64,000 nt of DNA, taken from contig NC_042997.1 of the NCBI RefSeq assembly GCF_006345805.1, positions 122,202,001 through 122,266,000 on the forward strand. The letters are read 5' to 3'. Positions 13,447 to 26,676 of this stretch are shown here, in pieces. The stretch comes from Octopus sinensis (lineage: Eukaryota). Below the pieces are notes generated by a model. It saw only the letters and a program-made list of their open reading frames with translations. It ran no database searches and was not told the origin of the DNA. Position 1 is the stretch's first letter. Every line of letters begins with the position of its first letter. Both the position numbers and the translations under genes were made by a program.

Positions 13447-13796
13447 CGTATATGTGCATGTATTTTTGCCGAAGTGTATATAAAGATGCATGCCCTTATA
13501 TGTTAAGGGGTGACTGAGGTACACAGAAATTCTCAATTCACTTCTTCCCGGTGTGTGGTAGTGACTGCTTTTGTATATGGCCATCTGATATATACTTATC
13601 GGATAGCCAATATAGTGTTATATTTTAGTATGCATAGATAATACATATTTCATCTAAATTGATAAATGTAACGATAATAACCTCTTTTTCTGATCAGAAT
13701 TTATGCGTACACACATATATGCATCATTTATGCACCCGTATAAAAAAACACATACACACACACCTCCCTCATATATATACGCCGTGCTGTGTATGC

Positions 13797-13810
13797 TTAT
13801 ATATATATAT

Positions 13811-13842
<32 letters not shown>

Positions 13843-13952
13843 CATATATGTATATATACACTTGTACGTATCCTTATATATATATGTATATATATATATA
13901 TATATATATACATATATGTATATATACACATGTACGTATCCTTATATATATA

Positions 13953-14019
<67 letters not shown>

Positions 14020-14108
14020 CTTATATACATATATATGTATATATATATATATACATATATACATATATGTATATATACATATGTACGTATTCTTATATAT
14101 ATATATAT
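13797..14108. repeat. Compound (TA)n array with higher-order repeats
   Basis: TGTACGTAT(C/T)CTTATATA recurs at 13863, 13931 and 14082. Confidence 0.9.
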
Positions 14109-14659
14109 AGGCGTGTTTTTGTTTGCATACGTATTTGCTATTATGTTATACACATCCATCTCTCAATAGAATTTATGGTTTTGCTTTGATCTTTTGTTGG
14201 CCGATATGACACTGTTTGTTTCCTTTATGGTTGCAAACCTCGTAAAATAGTATATAAAATATGAACTGATAAAAGCTATTGGTGGCAATGTCTGAATTTT
14301 CGAGTGAAATATCACCACATGACCTGACTAGGTGAAGCAAGAAGTAGTCTTCGGATTGTGATAATCTTTTTTTTTATGTAACTTTGCTTGATTATTCATT
14401 TATATAATTTTACATAACTCCACGTAAAACACTTCGGTTGCTTTGAGTTTCATCTTTGTATTGCTCCTCCTCAGTTATTGGTGTTGTGGAAAATAACGAA
14501 ACTGTTATCATCATCATTATTATTATTATTCCGTCGAGGTCGAGTTTGCCTTTCATCTTTTAGGGGTCAATGAATTAAGCACTAGATGCGTACTGGGGTC
14601 CATCTAAACGACTGGCACCCTCCCGCAAAATTTCGGGCCTTATGCTTAGAGTAGAGAAA

Positions 14660-15125
14660 ATTATATTATTATTATTATTATTATTATTGAGTGAGAAGCA
14701 GTGCATGCCATCAAAGTGACACTGTCGTATAATATACAAAGCCCAGTATACCATGATGGCTACCCGTCTCATAAGGGTACATCAGGTGCATGACATGGTG
14801 ATCTCATATCAATTTAAGCAGTCCATGACCTTGCAGGTGGTGGCCTAATTAGAATTTTCTTCAAGTCGAGTAGCCCATGCCGCTCTAAAGGTCCATGAAT
14901 AAGAGTTTTTTAAGGATGTTCAACGAAACACCCATAGTTTCAGAGATGAATTGCCAAAACCCCAAAGAATTCCTCTCAACACATGTCTATGATGCTCCTT
15001 CACTACTTCTGTTCGTGATCAGAGATGCACATATCATCAGCCACCAAAAGACGTGCTCAATTGGTGACGGTGAAACATCTGACAAGCTAATTTGTGATAT
15101 TGAGTAGAATATTTGATGTAGCCTA
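14660..15125 (-). mobile_element. Retro-element 3' portion with (AAT)n tail, family uncertain
   Basis: GC-richer non-coding block abutting (ATT)n at 14660-14688, which is an (AAT)n tail on the minus strand. Confidence 0.5.
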
Positions 15126-15796
15126 TCACACGTCGTTTTCGACAGGAGAGCCGATTATTGTTATTAGGCTGGTGGACTGGCAGAATCGCTAATGCATCAG
15201 ACAAAATGGTTAACAGAATTTATTATAGTTCACATAACTTTGTGAGTTCAAATTTCGCCAAGATTGTCTTTAACTAAATAAGAACCAACCTGTCACTGGA
15301 ATCAGTATAATCGACTGACCCGTTTCTGCGAATGCTTTAAAGCATCATGCTTATAGTACAAATTATCGTTATTAGTAGTACTTTTCTTCTTCAATTTTGT
15401 TTTCATTACATGCTGGGTACCTTAAGGACATTGAAACTCACAGTGTACATTGTTTGGCCATTTAAATAAACACCCTAGATTGTTCATATAGAATCAAGTT
15501 ATGTAATAGAAAAAGAGGGAAAAAATATGAAAGGAAAAAAGAAAGCAAGAACAAGAGGAAAAATGAAAGAACAAAAATCAGAAAACAAAAAAGAAAACTA
15601 AGGAAAATGAGGAAAGGAAATCCACTACGAAAATGCTCTTGAGATGTACCAGTTAAAACAATGGATGGCAAACCGGGGATCATTCGCAAATAATTTTCAG
15701 TTCCTTGTTTAAATCATTCCGATTGCTCCTACAATTACTGGTATTGTCGCCTTTTGTTTCGATTTCAACCAGCAAATCTTTATATTTTCTGAGCTA

Positions 15797-15838
<42 letters not shown>

Positions 15839-17320
15839 CATTATTATTATTATTAAGGCAGCATAAAGGCAGAATCTTTAGACTGCCGGAAAAAGTGCTT
15901 TGCAGAATTCGTTCCTGTCATCATTTACTTTCTGAGTTCAAATTCTACTTGTGTCAAATTTGAAATTAATATTTCTGCAGTCGAGAAAGAAGCAAATCAA
16001 GAACTTTAATTGCTTTATTTAAGATCTCGAAGATGTATAGTACCAATAAAAGACAAAGGACCATTTAATTGACCAAATCCTTCCTCTCCCAAGTTTCAGG
16101 GTTTGTGACAATCACAAAAAATTACTTTTGTTACAATTGACACTGCATGTATTGATAGAATCGTTACAATTTCGAAAAACATACTTTATGGCATTTTCTC
16201 CGAGCCCTCCCGCATTTCCTTCGAATTTCGCTGCGGTGAACTTTCTTTGATCTCCCCAGAATCAATAGCATAGAATGACATTCACGAACTGGGAAATTTG
16301 TGATTGACAAACAGCCAAAATTGCTAGCCTTCTTAGATTAAATATAATTACTAAACCTTTAGGTTTGTGTTTGGACAGTACTGAAACAAAGACTTTACAT
16401 TAGATAGTTACGTAATTTTCTTTCCTGAGTTGAAATCACACAACTATCAACATTATCTCCATACTTTCTAAGAAAGAAAGCTTCGCTGAAAAGCAAGGAA
16501 GAATCGTTTAAATCGCCTGCATGTATTATACCGCAGACAATGTTCTCACAAGATGATGACAAATAACAACAATAATTAGCATTGTGCCTTGAATGGCAGT
16601 GCGGTTGGCAAAATACATTCCACTTCAGTGTTATGAGTATTTCATTTCCTTTACTTAGAATTGTCTCATGGCCGATTCTATCTGTTTTTAAACTTAAGCC
16701 GGTGAAACGAATATTGACCAAATATTAGTGTAATTTAAATCAACTGTTCCCTCTTACTGTTACTGCCAAGGGTGACTCTAAAATATAATATCTAATGGTA
16801 CAGTATATTAAGTGTGCATAGAAGTAGTTTGCTGTTTGATGTTGTGAGGAAGTCAATAACTCGGATGATGTGTGAATTGGGTGAGATTCATATTTTGAGT
16901 TTGCGTTAAGAGTTGATGTTTCTGCATACGAATGTAAACACAGTATTTGAGTAACTGGAAGTATGTGCTTTTGCGAGTAGATGAGGATGTCGTTTTATAT
17001 GACTATTTACATGGGTATGGAGAATGTATAATAGAATGCATGCATGTGTTACGTGGGTATTTTTTCGATGTGTGGAGCAGGGGTGAAGTGCAATAGTGAA
17101 GCAAAATAGCGTACGAGAATGTAAACATGTAAGGTAATAGTATAATCTCACTTGCGTAGGCCGTGTTTAGATTGAAAAAATTAATCATTGTTCGCGCTGC
17201 GAGTGAAATGCTGGAGATGTATAGAGTAAACGGTGAGATGCAGATATGGCTGGGAGAATTAAAATGATGTGCGACGGGTCACTTCGACCTGGTGTAATTG
17301 CGTCGGATATATTCTCTTGT

Positions 17321-17528
17321 ACTCTCTTTTACTTGTTTCAGTCATTTGACTGCGGCCATGCTAGAGCACCGCCCTCAGTCGAGCAAATCGACCCCAGGAC
17401 TTATTCTTTGTAAACCTGATACTTATTCTATCGGTCTCTTTTGCTGAACCGCTAAGTTGCGGGGAGGTAACCACACCAGCATCGGTTGTGAAGCGATGTT
17501 GGGGGAAAAACACAGACACACAACCTAT

Positions 17529-17591
<63 letters not shown>

Positions 17592-17915
17592 GGTTGTCCC
17601 AAAAGTTCGTAGAAAGTCTTGGAAAATAATGGTCTTTATTTTGAGGAATAATTTTTGTTGTTTTTGTTAGTACTTGGCGAGTAAAAATTCAATTTTCGCA
17701 AGTACTTACGAACTTTTGGGACAACATAATATATATATATACATATATATACAACAGGCTTCTTTCAGTTTCCGTCTACCAAATCCACTCACAAGGATTT
17801 GGTCGGCACAAGGCTATAATAGAAGACACTTGCCCAAGGTGCCACGCAGCGGGAATGAACCCGGAATCAAGTAGTTAGTAAGCAAGCTACTTATCACACA
17901 GCCACTCCTGCGCCT
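17321..17915 (-). mobile_element. SINE family A, full length, with a MITE in its internal (TA)n
   Basis: Reverse complement of the 8874-9311 consensus. Confidence 0.9.
17591..17726. mobile_element. Mariner/Tc1-type MITE
   Basis: Perfect 19-bp TIR GTTGTCCCAAAAGTTCGTA (17593-17611) / TACGAACTTTTGGGACAAC (17707-17725), TA flanks, internal imperfect palindrome. Confidence 0.85.
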
Positions 17916-18336
17916 AAATGTTGAGTTTGTTTCTAAAACGAAAGCTAATTGCCGAAGAAATCTCCAGTATAGAAGCAGTAGAGCTGTACCAAATTTACAA
18001 TAAAACTACACGATAAAAAGAAAATATATCATCATCGCATTCATTATCATCGTCATCATCATAATACTCATTATGTGGAGCATCCTCTGATTCAAATGAC
18101 CTTGATCACTTTTGCATCTCTATTTGCAATGATATATAATAGTTCTCCCTCCACGGGCACACGCTCGCGCGCGCGTACACACACACTCACACACTTTCGT
18201 GATTACCGTCTGCATGACACATACGTGTTATTTCTAGAATGTGTATGAATCAAATTTATAATGCACCCCAGGTGTATTTGGCTCATATTGTGTTCATCTA
18301 AAGCGTGCATATTCTAGGGATTTTAGTAATCTTTAT

Positions 18337-18634
18337 CGTGGAGGCACATGACCTAGTGGTTAGAGCGGCGGACTTGCGGTCGAGGGATCACGGGTTCGAA
18401 TCTCAGACCTGGCTATGTGTGTGTTTATTAGCGAAACACCTAAGCTGCACGCGGCTCAGACAGAAGGTAATGGTGAACTTCTACTGACTCTTACGCCACA
18501 ACTTTCACTCTTTCCTCTTGCATCTCACCTGCTGCGGACCGGCGTCCCATCCAGGAGGGGAACCTATATGCCAAGGAAACCGGGAAACCGGCCCTTATGA
18601 GAAAGGCATGTCTCGAGAAGGAACAAACAAACAA
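18337..18634 (+). mobile_element. tRNA-derived SINE family C with (AACA)n tail
   Basis: A box TAGTGGTTAGAG, B box GGTTCGAATC, tail AACAAACAAACAA; a SINE head rather than a functional tRNA. Confidence 0.75.
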
Positions 18635-19309
18635 TCTTTATCATTACATTTATTTGCGAATTTTTTTAATTTTACAAACGATGTTTCACCATCATATAAA
18701 ATATGTCGAAGGAATAAAGTTTATGCGGGATGTATTTTTATATATCTCATTTTGTAATCTGTTATAATATAAATTTAAACAAATATATTTCTTCTTTCAA
18801 AACAATTTCCTAGATATTGATTTGAATGATTAAGTTTTAACGAAATTGGCTGTAAAACAAATACCACACAAATCACTTAATGATAATATTTGCACACTTG
18901 AAATCAAATAACTTGAGATTAGAATTCAAACAACGTCGAGTATGGGGATAATCGAAGGGTCATTGATTTCACAATAAAGATCTACCCTGATAACTATTTC
19001 TTCTTCACTATATATGTAAACAGTATATACATGTAAAGAGTATATCCATAGACAATAAGAAGTAGATTGTTATATCTTTCATGTCATCCATAGGTTTAGA
19101 TATCGAAAATAATGCAAAATAACAGAAAATTAAATAAAAGCACGTATACTCATGCATCTACAAATTGAAAACCCATTAATTAATTATCACTTTCAATAGA
19201 CACAAATACTATACACACTACAGTATTACTATTCTGACTCAGACACCACACTTTCACGTTACATAAATATTAATATGTTAATAAATGTTAATATTTCACA
19301 TCAGATACA

Positions 19310-19510
19310 TTCTAGTTTCTGAGTTTCCGAAAGCGTCGTCTTTTGTCGTCTTCCTTTTCTCTCGGACTTTCCTCTGTTTCTTGTTTCTGACGAAAAGCTT
19401 TGCTCGAAACGTGAAAGTACCTTTCTTTCCTTCCTTGAGCATCTGCTAATATTTGCATGCATTACATCCTCGAGTTGTTTTTTTTCTCGTCTTGTTTCTT
19501 CTTCGTTCTC
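19310..19510 (+). mobile_element. Penelope-like pLTR remnant with degenerate hammerhead
   Basis: CTGACGA-AAAGC-TTT-GCTC-GAAA-CGTG at 19387-19412 in pyrimidine-rich sequence; cleavage site and stem I not intact. Confidence 0.5.
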
Positions 19511-20507
19511 TTTTACTAATTATGTATATATGTATTATGTAAACGCCATAATTAGAGAGATTGAGTCATGGAGAGATAGCGATACCGATAGACTGAATGA
19601 AATATATGACTGTGTTTTGGTTTTCTGTGAGAGTACACTGCGAAGTTTTTTACGCTCCAAATTTATGGACATTGCCGATTCTGGTGGCAAGGTGGCACGA
19701 ACATTTATGTAATAACATCTTCCACGATTTCTCTAAAATGTTACCATTATGGATGCAGTTACCACACACATACACAAATACACACACATAAACGCGTGCG
19801 CACTCATACAAAGAAAATCATACACACCAATCCACTCACACACACGTGTTTTTAAGGACGCATTTTACACATATGAGTAGAAAAATTCATGGATACTACT
19901 TTAATAATTTTAGATGAATATATCGCTTTCTAACATGACGATAAGGTATAATTTTATATTTAGACAACCAATAAACGTAATATTCTTTCACTAACACTCA
20001 TGATAGCGAGCGTATGACCCCTTTTCATTTTAACAACTGAGTAATGTAATAACGCCATTTAAAATCTGCTATTCAGCAAATGTGACAGACTGCTAGATTG
20101 CAAGACCCTATCCTTGTCATAATTCAAAATCTGCCTTCGTTCACGTCATCTGAACTAGGTAGAGTGTCTCAAAAAGAAATCAATACATCTCCTATGATAC
20201 ATAAGCAGTATAGGTCTGATGAAGTAGTATCAATTACATCAACGTAGATTTCATTCTCTGCCGTAGTTCTCATTGCATAATAAGGAAAGATTATGTGGTT
20301 CTTTTATTGATTAGAATGGAGATTTTAAAAGAAAGACACGCCAAACAATAAAATCCTTTCTAGACCAGATTTTGTACTTATGCCATACTGTAATATACAA
20401 GATTAGATTTTTCTTCTGACACTGAAAAAAAATGGGAAGATTAAAGTAAACCTATTTGATTCAGAGATGGATTTATCAATATAAATATATATATATATAT
20501 ATAATAT

Positions 20508-20553
<46 letters not shown>

Positions 20554-20592
20554 TGCATGTGTATCTATGCATTTCTGAAATTATTTATATGA

Positions 20593-20657
<65 letters not shown>

Positions 20658-20693
20658 TGGACATAAACATACGTGTATGTATGTATATATGTA

Positions 20694-20988
20694 TACTCTT
20701 TACTCTTTTGTTTCAGTAGTTTGACTGTGGCCATGCTGGAGCACCACATTTAGTCGAGCAAATCTCCCCATGACTTATTCTTTGTAGGCCTAGTGCTTAT
20801 TCTATCGGTCTCTTTTGCCAAACCGCTAGCTTACGTAGAAGTAAACAAACCAGCATCGGTTGTCAAGCGACGTTGGGAAGACACACAAACATATACATAT
20901 ATACGACGGACTTCTTTCAGTTTCCGTCTACCAAATCCACTCACAAGCTTTGGTCGGCCCGAGGCTATAGTACAAGACACTTGCCCAA
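20694..20988 (-). mobile_element. SINE family A, head-truncated
   Basis: Matches family consensus up to GACACTTGCCCAA, then (TA)n. Confidence 0.85.
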
Positions 20989-21010
20989 TATATATATATA
21001 TATATATATA

Positions 21011-21195
21011 TATAAGACCAAATGAGATAACAATTCCAAAGCTGTGAGAAGTTTGCAGGACATTTATGATGAAATAGTCTTACGGCTGTTTCTGGGATAT
21101 TATGGATATCCCAGAAACAGCTGTAAGACTATTTCATTATGAATTTTCTGAAAACCCCTCCCGGTCTTGGATTTGTTGTCTCATTCCGTCTAATA
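21011..21195. mobile_element. Penelope-like pLTR fold-back hairpin (about 90-bp arms, 5-nt loop)
   Basis: Arms 21011-21100 and 21106-21195, loop TATGG. Right arm holds the 3' half of a hammerhead, ATATCCCA-GAAA-CAGCTG-TA-AGAC; flanked by (TA)n on both sides. Confidence 0.7.
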
Positions 21196-21222
21196 TACAT
21201 ATATATATATATATTATATATA

Positions 21223-21287
<65 letters not shown>

Positions 21288-21454
21288 CATGCACATACAT
21301 GTGCGCATGTGCATATGTATTTTTATGTATGTGTATATATTTTCACGTGTATACGTATATGCATGTGTATATATATATATATATATAAATACCTATATAT
21401 ACATACATTCTTGTGTGTGGTGATGGTGGGGGAGGATGCGTGCGTGTATACGTG

Positions 21455-21586
21455 AACACTGTCTACCAATGTTGGTGTGTTTACATCCCCGTAACTTAGC
21501 CACTCTGCAAAAGAGATCGATAGCATAAGTACGAGGCTTATACAGAATAAGTCCTGGGGTCGATTTGTATGACTAAAGGCGGTGCT
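21455..21586 (+). mobile_element. SINE family A tail fragment
   Basis: GGTGTGTTTACATCCCCGTAACTTAGC...GACTAAAGGCGGTGC. Confidence 0.75.
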
Positions 21587-22667
21587 TATTTATATTTTTA
21601 GTGTGTGATGGAGGTTATCTACCCTTATCGTCGCAGTATGAATGATTGAAAGCATAGTTAATGTTTTGCTACAAAACCTCAGCAGTCTATTGAATTGACT
21701 CTCAACTTACTTTCCAGTCTTTGTTTCTGCATCATTCTACCACCTCTAGTATTTAATAATAATTTTATCACAAGCCTCCATTTCGGGTTCCTGACTGTGC
21801 ATAATCGGTTCCCACATGATCATCTGTTTAGACATGCGTGAAGATAATTATAGGCGGTGTTTCTTTTGTATGAGTTACTCCGGAAATTGTCCCTGCTCGA
21901 CAAATTCCGCTTTTAGTTGCAGGCTGTGGCTGTAAAAAGGAGGCCCAAATGCTGATGTTTTAATTGAATAGATTTTTCTCTAGTTTCGAGAAATGTGACT
22001 GTTTCCTTCCTAGGTTGCCACTGGCTGGAGTTAAACTTGTTGTTATTACTTTTTCAAAAACAATTTCAGCGCCTAGTTATGTCACTAGCAGTAGTGGCCA
22101 TCATCGAAAACTCTTGTCAGATGCTAATCTATTTCAGTATACAAGCAAAGGAATGTGAATCAATCTTGCCCTATGTGTAAAGGTAAATCACAATTGGTAA
22201 AATGGCAGATGATTTGGATTTGAAATATTATGCGTTGGAAGTAAAATGATCCTATCAAATTATGTTTTGCTGCAATACCTTAATACCTCTATATTTGGGT
22301 TCCCTGTTGGCTGTGTTCCTTCATCCTAGTGGTTGAGATATCGCCATTTTCATATGGCGGTACCAACCATGCATTATAGAAAGTAACTGATGTTTAACAT
22401 CTTATAGCTACAATTCCAACAGTATTCCTCTGCCTCAAATGTTTCTCCGCCACTTATAGTACTCTAGAAGCAATCTAGTTCTATCCTGTGCTAACTTCCA
22501 AAATTTCGGAAAATCAATGCCAGCTTCCAATATTTTGGCACATCTTTCATATTTTGCGTTTTGAAAAAAAAAATCAAAATTTTGCCTTTGTTTTCATAAC
22601 TTCGAAGCGAAATAAATTGTTATTAATGGAGAAACAATTACTTCCATTAGAATGATTTACAAAAGTT

Positions 22668-23085
22668 AAGGCGGCGAGCTGGCAGAAACGTTAACACGTC
22701 GAGCGAAATGCGTAGCCGTATTTCGTCTGCCGTTACGTTCTGAGTTCAAATTCCGCCGAGGTCGACTTTGCCTTTCATCCTTTCGGTGTCGATAAATTAA
22801 GTACCAGTAACGCACTGGGGTAGATAAAATCGACTTAATCCGTTTGTCTTTCCTTGTTTGTCCTCTCTGTGTTTAGCCCCTTGTGGGTAGTAAAGAAATA
22901 GGTATTTCGTCTGCCACTACGTTCTGAGTTCAAATTCTGCCGAGGTCGACTTTGCCTTTCATCCTTTCGGGGTCCATTAAAAAAGTAACAGTTACGCTCC
23001 GGGGTCAATATAATTGACTTAGTCCCTTTGTGTATCCTTGTTTGTCCCCTCTATGTTTAACCTCTTTGTGGGTAATGAAGAAATA
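22668..23085 (+). mobile_element. SINE family B, dimeric form, 19-bp TSD
   Basis: AGAATGATTTACAAAAGTT (22649-22667) vs AGAATGATTTGCAATAGTT (23086-23104); internal tandem duplication of about 185 bp. Confidence 0.9.
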
Positions 23086-25435
23086 AGAATGATTTGCAAT
23101 AGTTTTAGCTGTATATTTTGGGAACTATGAGCATATAAAGATTGTGGCATGCAAAAATATTATCATCATAGTTATGAAAAAATCTCATTTTATTCTTTCC
23201 TTCTAAGAACTCACATATATTTTCACTAATTTGTGTACATTGAGTGATAAATCTTTTCAGTTGTCATAGGCCAATATATTTGTTTGCTTTCTTCACCAAA
23301 TTCATGCTACTCTAAATAAAGGCCATGAATTTTAGCGTAAATATATTTCGTTATAAGTATTTCGCTTTTTCTTTATTTGAATACAATTTTTAGTTTCCTC
23401 TTTCTTCTAGTCTATTATAGATCTTCCTCTAATTTAGTTGAAAGAAAATTAGATTTATTTTCCTTTTCAGTGAGTTCCTACACATACAATTTATCGTTTT
23501 GTTCTAAAAATTATGGAAATGCCTGCATGAAAATTTCTCTGTGTTACTCTTTGTAACTTTTCGACGTTGTGTTTATTAAATTTCATATTCTTAATTAAAT
23601 TTTCATGCTTTTCATCGTTTATTCTATGCTGTATGTGGACATAGGAAAACATCAACAGCAGTGATTGCAGATATATGATAGCGGAAACTCCATTTGTTGT
23701 CTTACGTGTGAATCATTTGACAATTGTGTTATAATGAGTGTTGTGTTAGGAATTCTAATTTTAGAATTATCAGTTCTTTATAAAAAAAGTTACAAACACT
23801 TCGGTCTGTTGTTTAAGACTGGTCATAAACCTTATTAGTTAATCGTATTTTCAAGTTGGATCCCCAACCAAATAATACTTACACGACTAAATTACGTTGA
23901 AGTATTTGTAATTTACATAAGCATGCTTAAGGGACCCTACATCCCTTTAAACGCCATCGATGCATTTAATTCTCACATTTTTATCCAAACATAAACTTCT
24001 TTTCGCTTCAGAATACCATCTAAGACCTGTGCCCAGCAGATCCAAAAGTGAATTACACTTCGCTAGATGTAATTACGACTAAGATCTACATAATTTGCGA
24101 TTAGTCGGACAACGCTGCATGTTTCAATTACCGCTGTATGTGACTGAATGTAATCTCTGATTAACTTATCTTTGCGATTTCCATGAAGTGTCATGTGACG
24201 AAAGATATCCGCATTATTAACAAAAATAATAAATGAATACATATATGTATATGGAATAAAGAAGTAGCGATGTATATGCTTGACTTAATCGAAAAATTAG
24301 TCTCCAGCTTCATTCTCTCACAAGTGGCATTCTTTAAAAAGGACATCAGAGACACACACTCTATATATAACAGAGAGATCGAGGATGGAATTTTATGTCC
24401 ATAGATATACTGGATCAGAGCTGACCAGGAAATAAACAAGAAAAACAACCACTGCATCTACATTTACACATATATTTTCTGACATCTATTCGAATGTTAA
24501 CAAATTTCAGCCATCAATCTGTTATACATATTTAGTGAGTTCAAGCTTGGTTAAATTTTTGTTTCTTAGTTTAGAAAATTTTAGTAATATCATTCACAGG
24601 CAATATATGCCTTCAACAGAGGTAACTCGATTTGCAAAGTCTAGCAGAGATTTATCCAAACCTACTGCCCCTAAGAAGGAATTTAAACATTACACAATTT
24701 AACTTTTAGCATAGAAAATAAGAATATCTTTAATGATAGATACGAGTACAGTTGTTCTAGGGACACAAAAAACATTTTTTAAAAACCAGAGCGTTTGAAT
24801 TAATACAGCAGCTGCAACATACAAGCCCGGCACATTTTAGCCAACGCAACGTTCTCGTTGCTTTTCGTAGAATACCTAGTAACATTTCCAGCATTTTGAT
24901 ATCCTAATTAAATGCTTGTGTTATATTCTCTAAATATTTGATATGCCCAAGTTGAAATGGATCGCAGGAAAACTTTCAAGTTAACTGAACGTCAAAAGGC
25001 GATGCAAATCTAGATGCTTACGTATACGGAAAAGTGTTGCAATCTACTCTGAGAATGTCAGGTACTTCCATTTTAATTCATTAATTGAATTTTCGGATGA
25101 AACCAGATCAAAATAGCATGCGAAAGTGGAATGGAGAAGTACACAATTAGATGACACGTTTATTTTTAGCAAGTTTATAAAAGCAAATAGGGGTCTAAAT
25201 CATAATTTAAATTCACCAAATTATACCAAAATGCGTATTGATGTCAGTATATTAATCTGCAGGTATTACATCGAGAGGTTCTCAATTAAGATATATATAT
25301 ATATATATATATAGATAAGAAAGTTTGTTTGGTAAAGCACGTGGGTGAATATATAAGAAAATAGTAAAGTGTGAAAAAACGACAGAAGGCTTAAATGTTA
25401 AAAAATATATATATTTGTGTCAAAATGTCTGGAGA

Positions 25436-25795
25436 ATTAAAGAGGGACAGAAATTCAAGATCAAATCTAACTTTACTTGTGCCTCTGAAAACATAATTTA
25501 TGTCATTAAATGCTCGGGCTGCCACCAAGACTACGTGGGTTCCACGGGACTATCACTCAGGCGTAGATGCACACTGCATCGACAACAGATTGCATTCCCA
25601 GAATATAGAATGATACCTTTTAGTGAGCACATTGAGAAATGCGCACAGCAACTACTGCCACAATTTTTAATCTTCCCATTTTACCAATGTGCTTTCGGAT
25701 CATCAACACAAATGAGACTGAACAAAGAAACATTCTTCATTGAAAAGTACAAACCCAGACTCAACCATCCGAACATACTGACACAGAGAAATTAA
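25436..25795 (+). pseudogene. GIY-YIG endonuclease C-terminal fragment of a Penelope-like element
   Basis: FTCASENIIYVIKCSGCHQDYVGSTGLSLRRRCTLH...HIEKC...IFPFYQ...KETFFIEKYKPRLN matches the PLE pattern IY.I.C..C...YVG.T...L..R...H. The first 7 codons of the called ORF derive from the inverted repeat. Confidence 0.9.
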
Positions 25796-25858
25796 CAAGG
25801 GAAAGGGAAAAACCATCCGAACATACTGACACAGAGAAATGAACAAGGGAAAAGGAAA
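25763..25858 (+). repeat. 48-bp tandem duplication overlapping the GIY-YIG stop codon
   Basis: AACCATCCGAACATACTGACACAGAGAAAT(T/G)AACAAGGGAAA(G/A)GGAAA at 25763 and 25811. Confidence 0.9.
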
Positions 25859-25977
25859 AAAAATTTAAGCGATTATCTCCCTTACACCGGAAGAAATCAC
25901 TCACTACCTCCCCTTATTTAGAAATCTCCTGAAAATAAATACAACGATAACTCCATGCAATATAAACATAACGTCAC

Positions 25978-26017
25978 AAGAAATTTGAAAAGCTACACGC
26001 GAAACCGGTAATTTCTT
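25978..26017 (+). ncRNA. Type I hammerhead-like ribozyme with U3:A8 core variant
   Basis: Stem I AAGAAAT/ATTTCTT, core TTGAAAA, stem II GC-TACAC-GC, GAAA, palindromic ACCGGT, GUA site. Confidence 0.6.
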
Positions 26018-26643
26018 TAAAAATTTTAAAATTATGTCATTTTAAGGAAACGAAAAAAATTTTTCCAATATTCTCCAGACATTTTGACACAAATATATAT
26101 ATTTTTTAACATTTAAGCCTTCTGTCGTTTTTTCACACTTTACTATTTTCTTATATATATATATATATATTCACACACTCACACATATATATATGTGTGT
26201 GTGTGTGTGAAAGAATGTTTGAAAATGCAATTTTAAAGCTATTTATTTACTTGATCGGTTTCACCTTTTTAGGAAAAGATAGTGAAAAGTAAAATGTAAA
26301 GCTTTCTATAAGCTTTATTGTGTTAAGTACTGGTTGCCACAAAAGTATTAAAATACATATATGCATTCTCTGATAATAATAAGAAAATGATACAAACAGT
26401 TTACAAGTAAGTATTTAAGAAAATATTCAACAAAAAAGTATTATGAGTTCAATATACTCCTGTTTTTTTTTTTTTTGGTAGTATCTATATAAACAGGCGA
26501 TACGTTTCAGAATTTACAAAGAATTGGAGAGAAACCAACTTGTCTTTTTGGCATACACACACACATACACACACACACATATATATATATACATACACAT
26601 ACATACGTACGTACGTACGTAGGTACATACATACATACATACA

Positions 26644-26676
<33 letters not shown>

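Larger units (their letters stand above)
25349..26158 (+). mobile_element. 5'-truncated Penelope-like element with perfect 89-bp inverted terminal copy
   Basis: 25349-25437 is the exact reverse complement of 26070-26158; encloses a GIY-YIG coding fragment, a 48-bp tandem duplication and a hammerhead motif. Confidence 0.85.

Noticed and set aside
16395-16721. 108-aa non-repetitive minus-strand ORF
   Set aside because: Alternative start codon, no recognisable domain and no convincing splice sites.
18337-18410. tRNA-like sequence with A and B boxes
   Set aside because: No proper acceptor stem, and it continues into a SINE body and (AACA)n tail, so it is a SINE head rather than a tRNA gene.
24191-24457. 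88-aa minus ORF with a signal-peptide-like start
   Set aside because: Hydrophobic starts are common in T-rich random ORFs, and the rest has no recognisable features.
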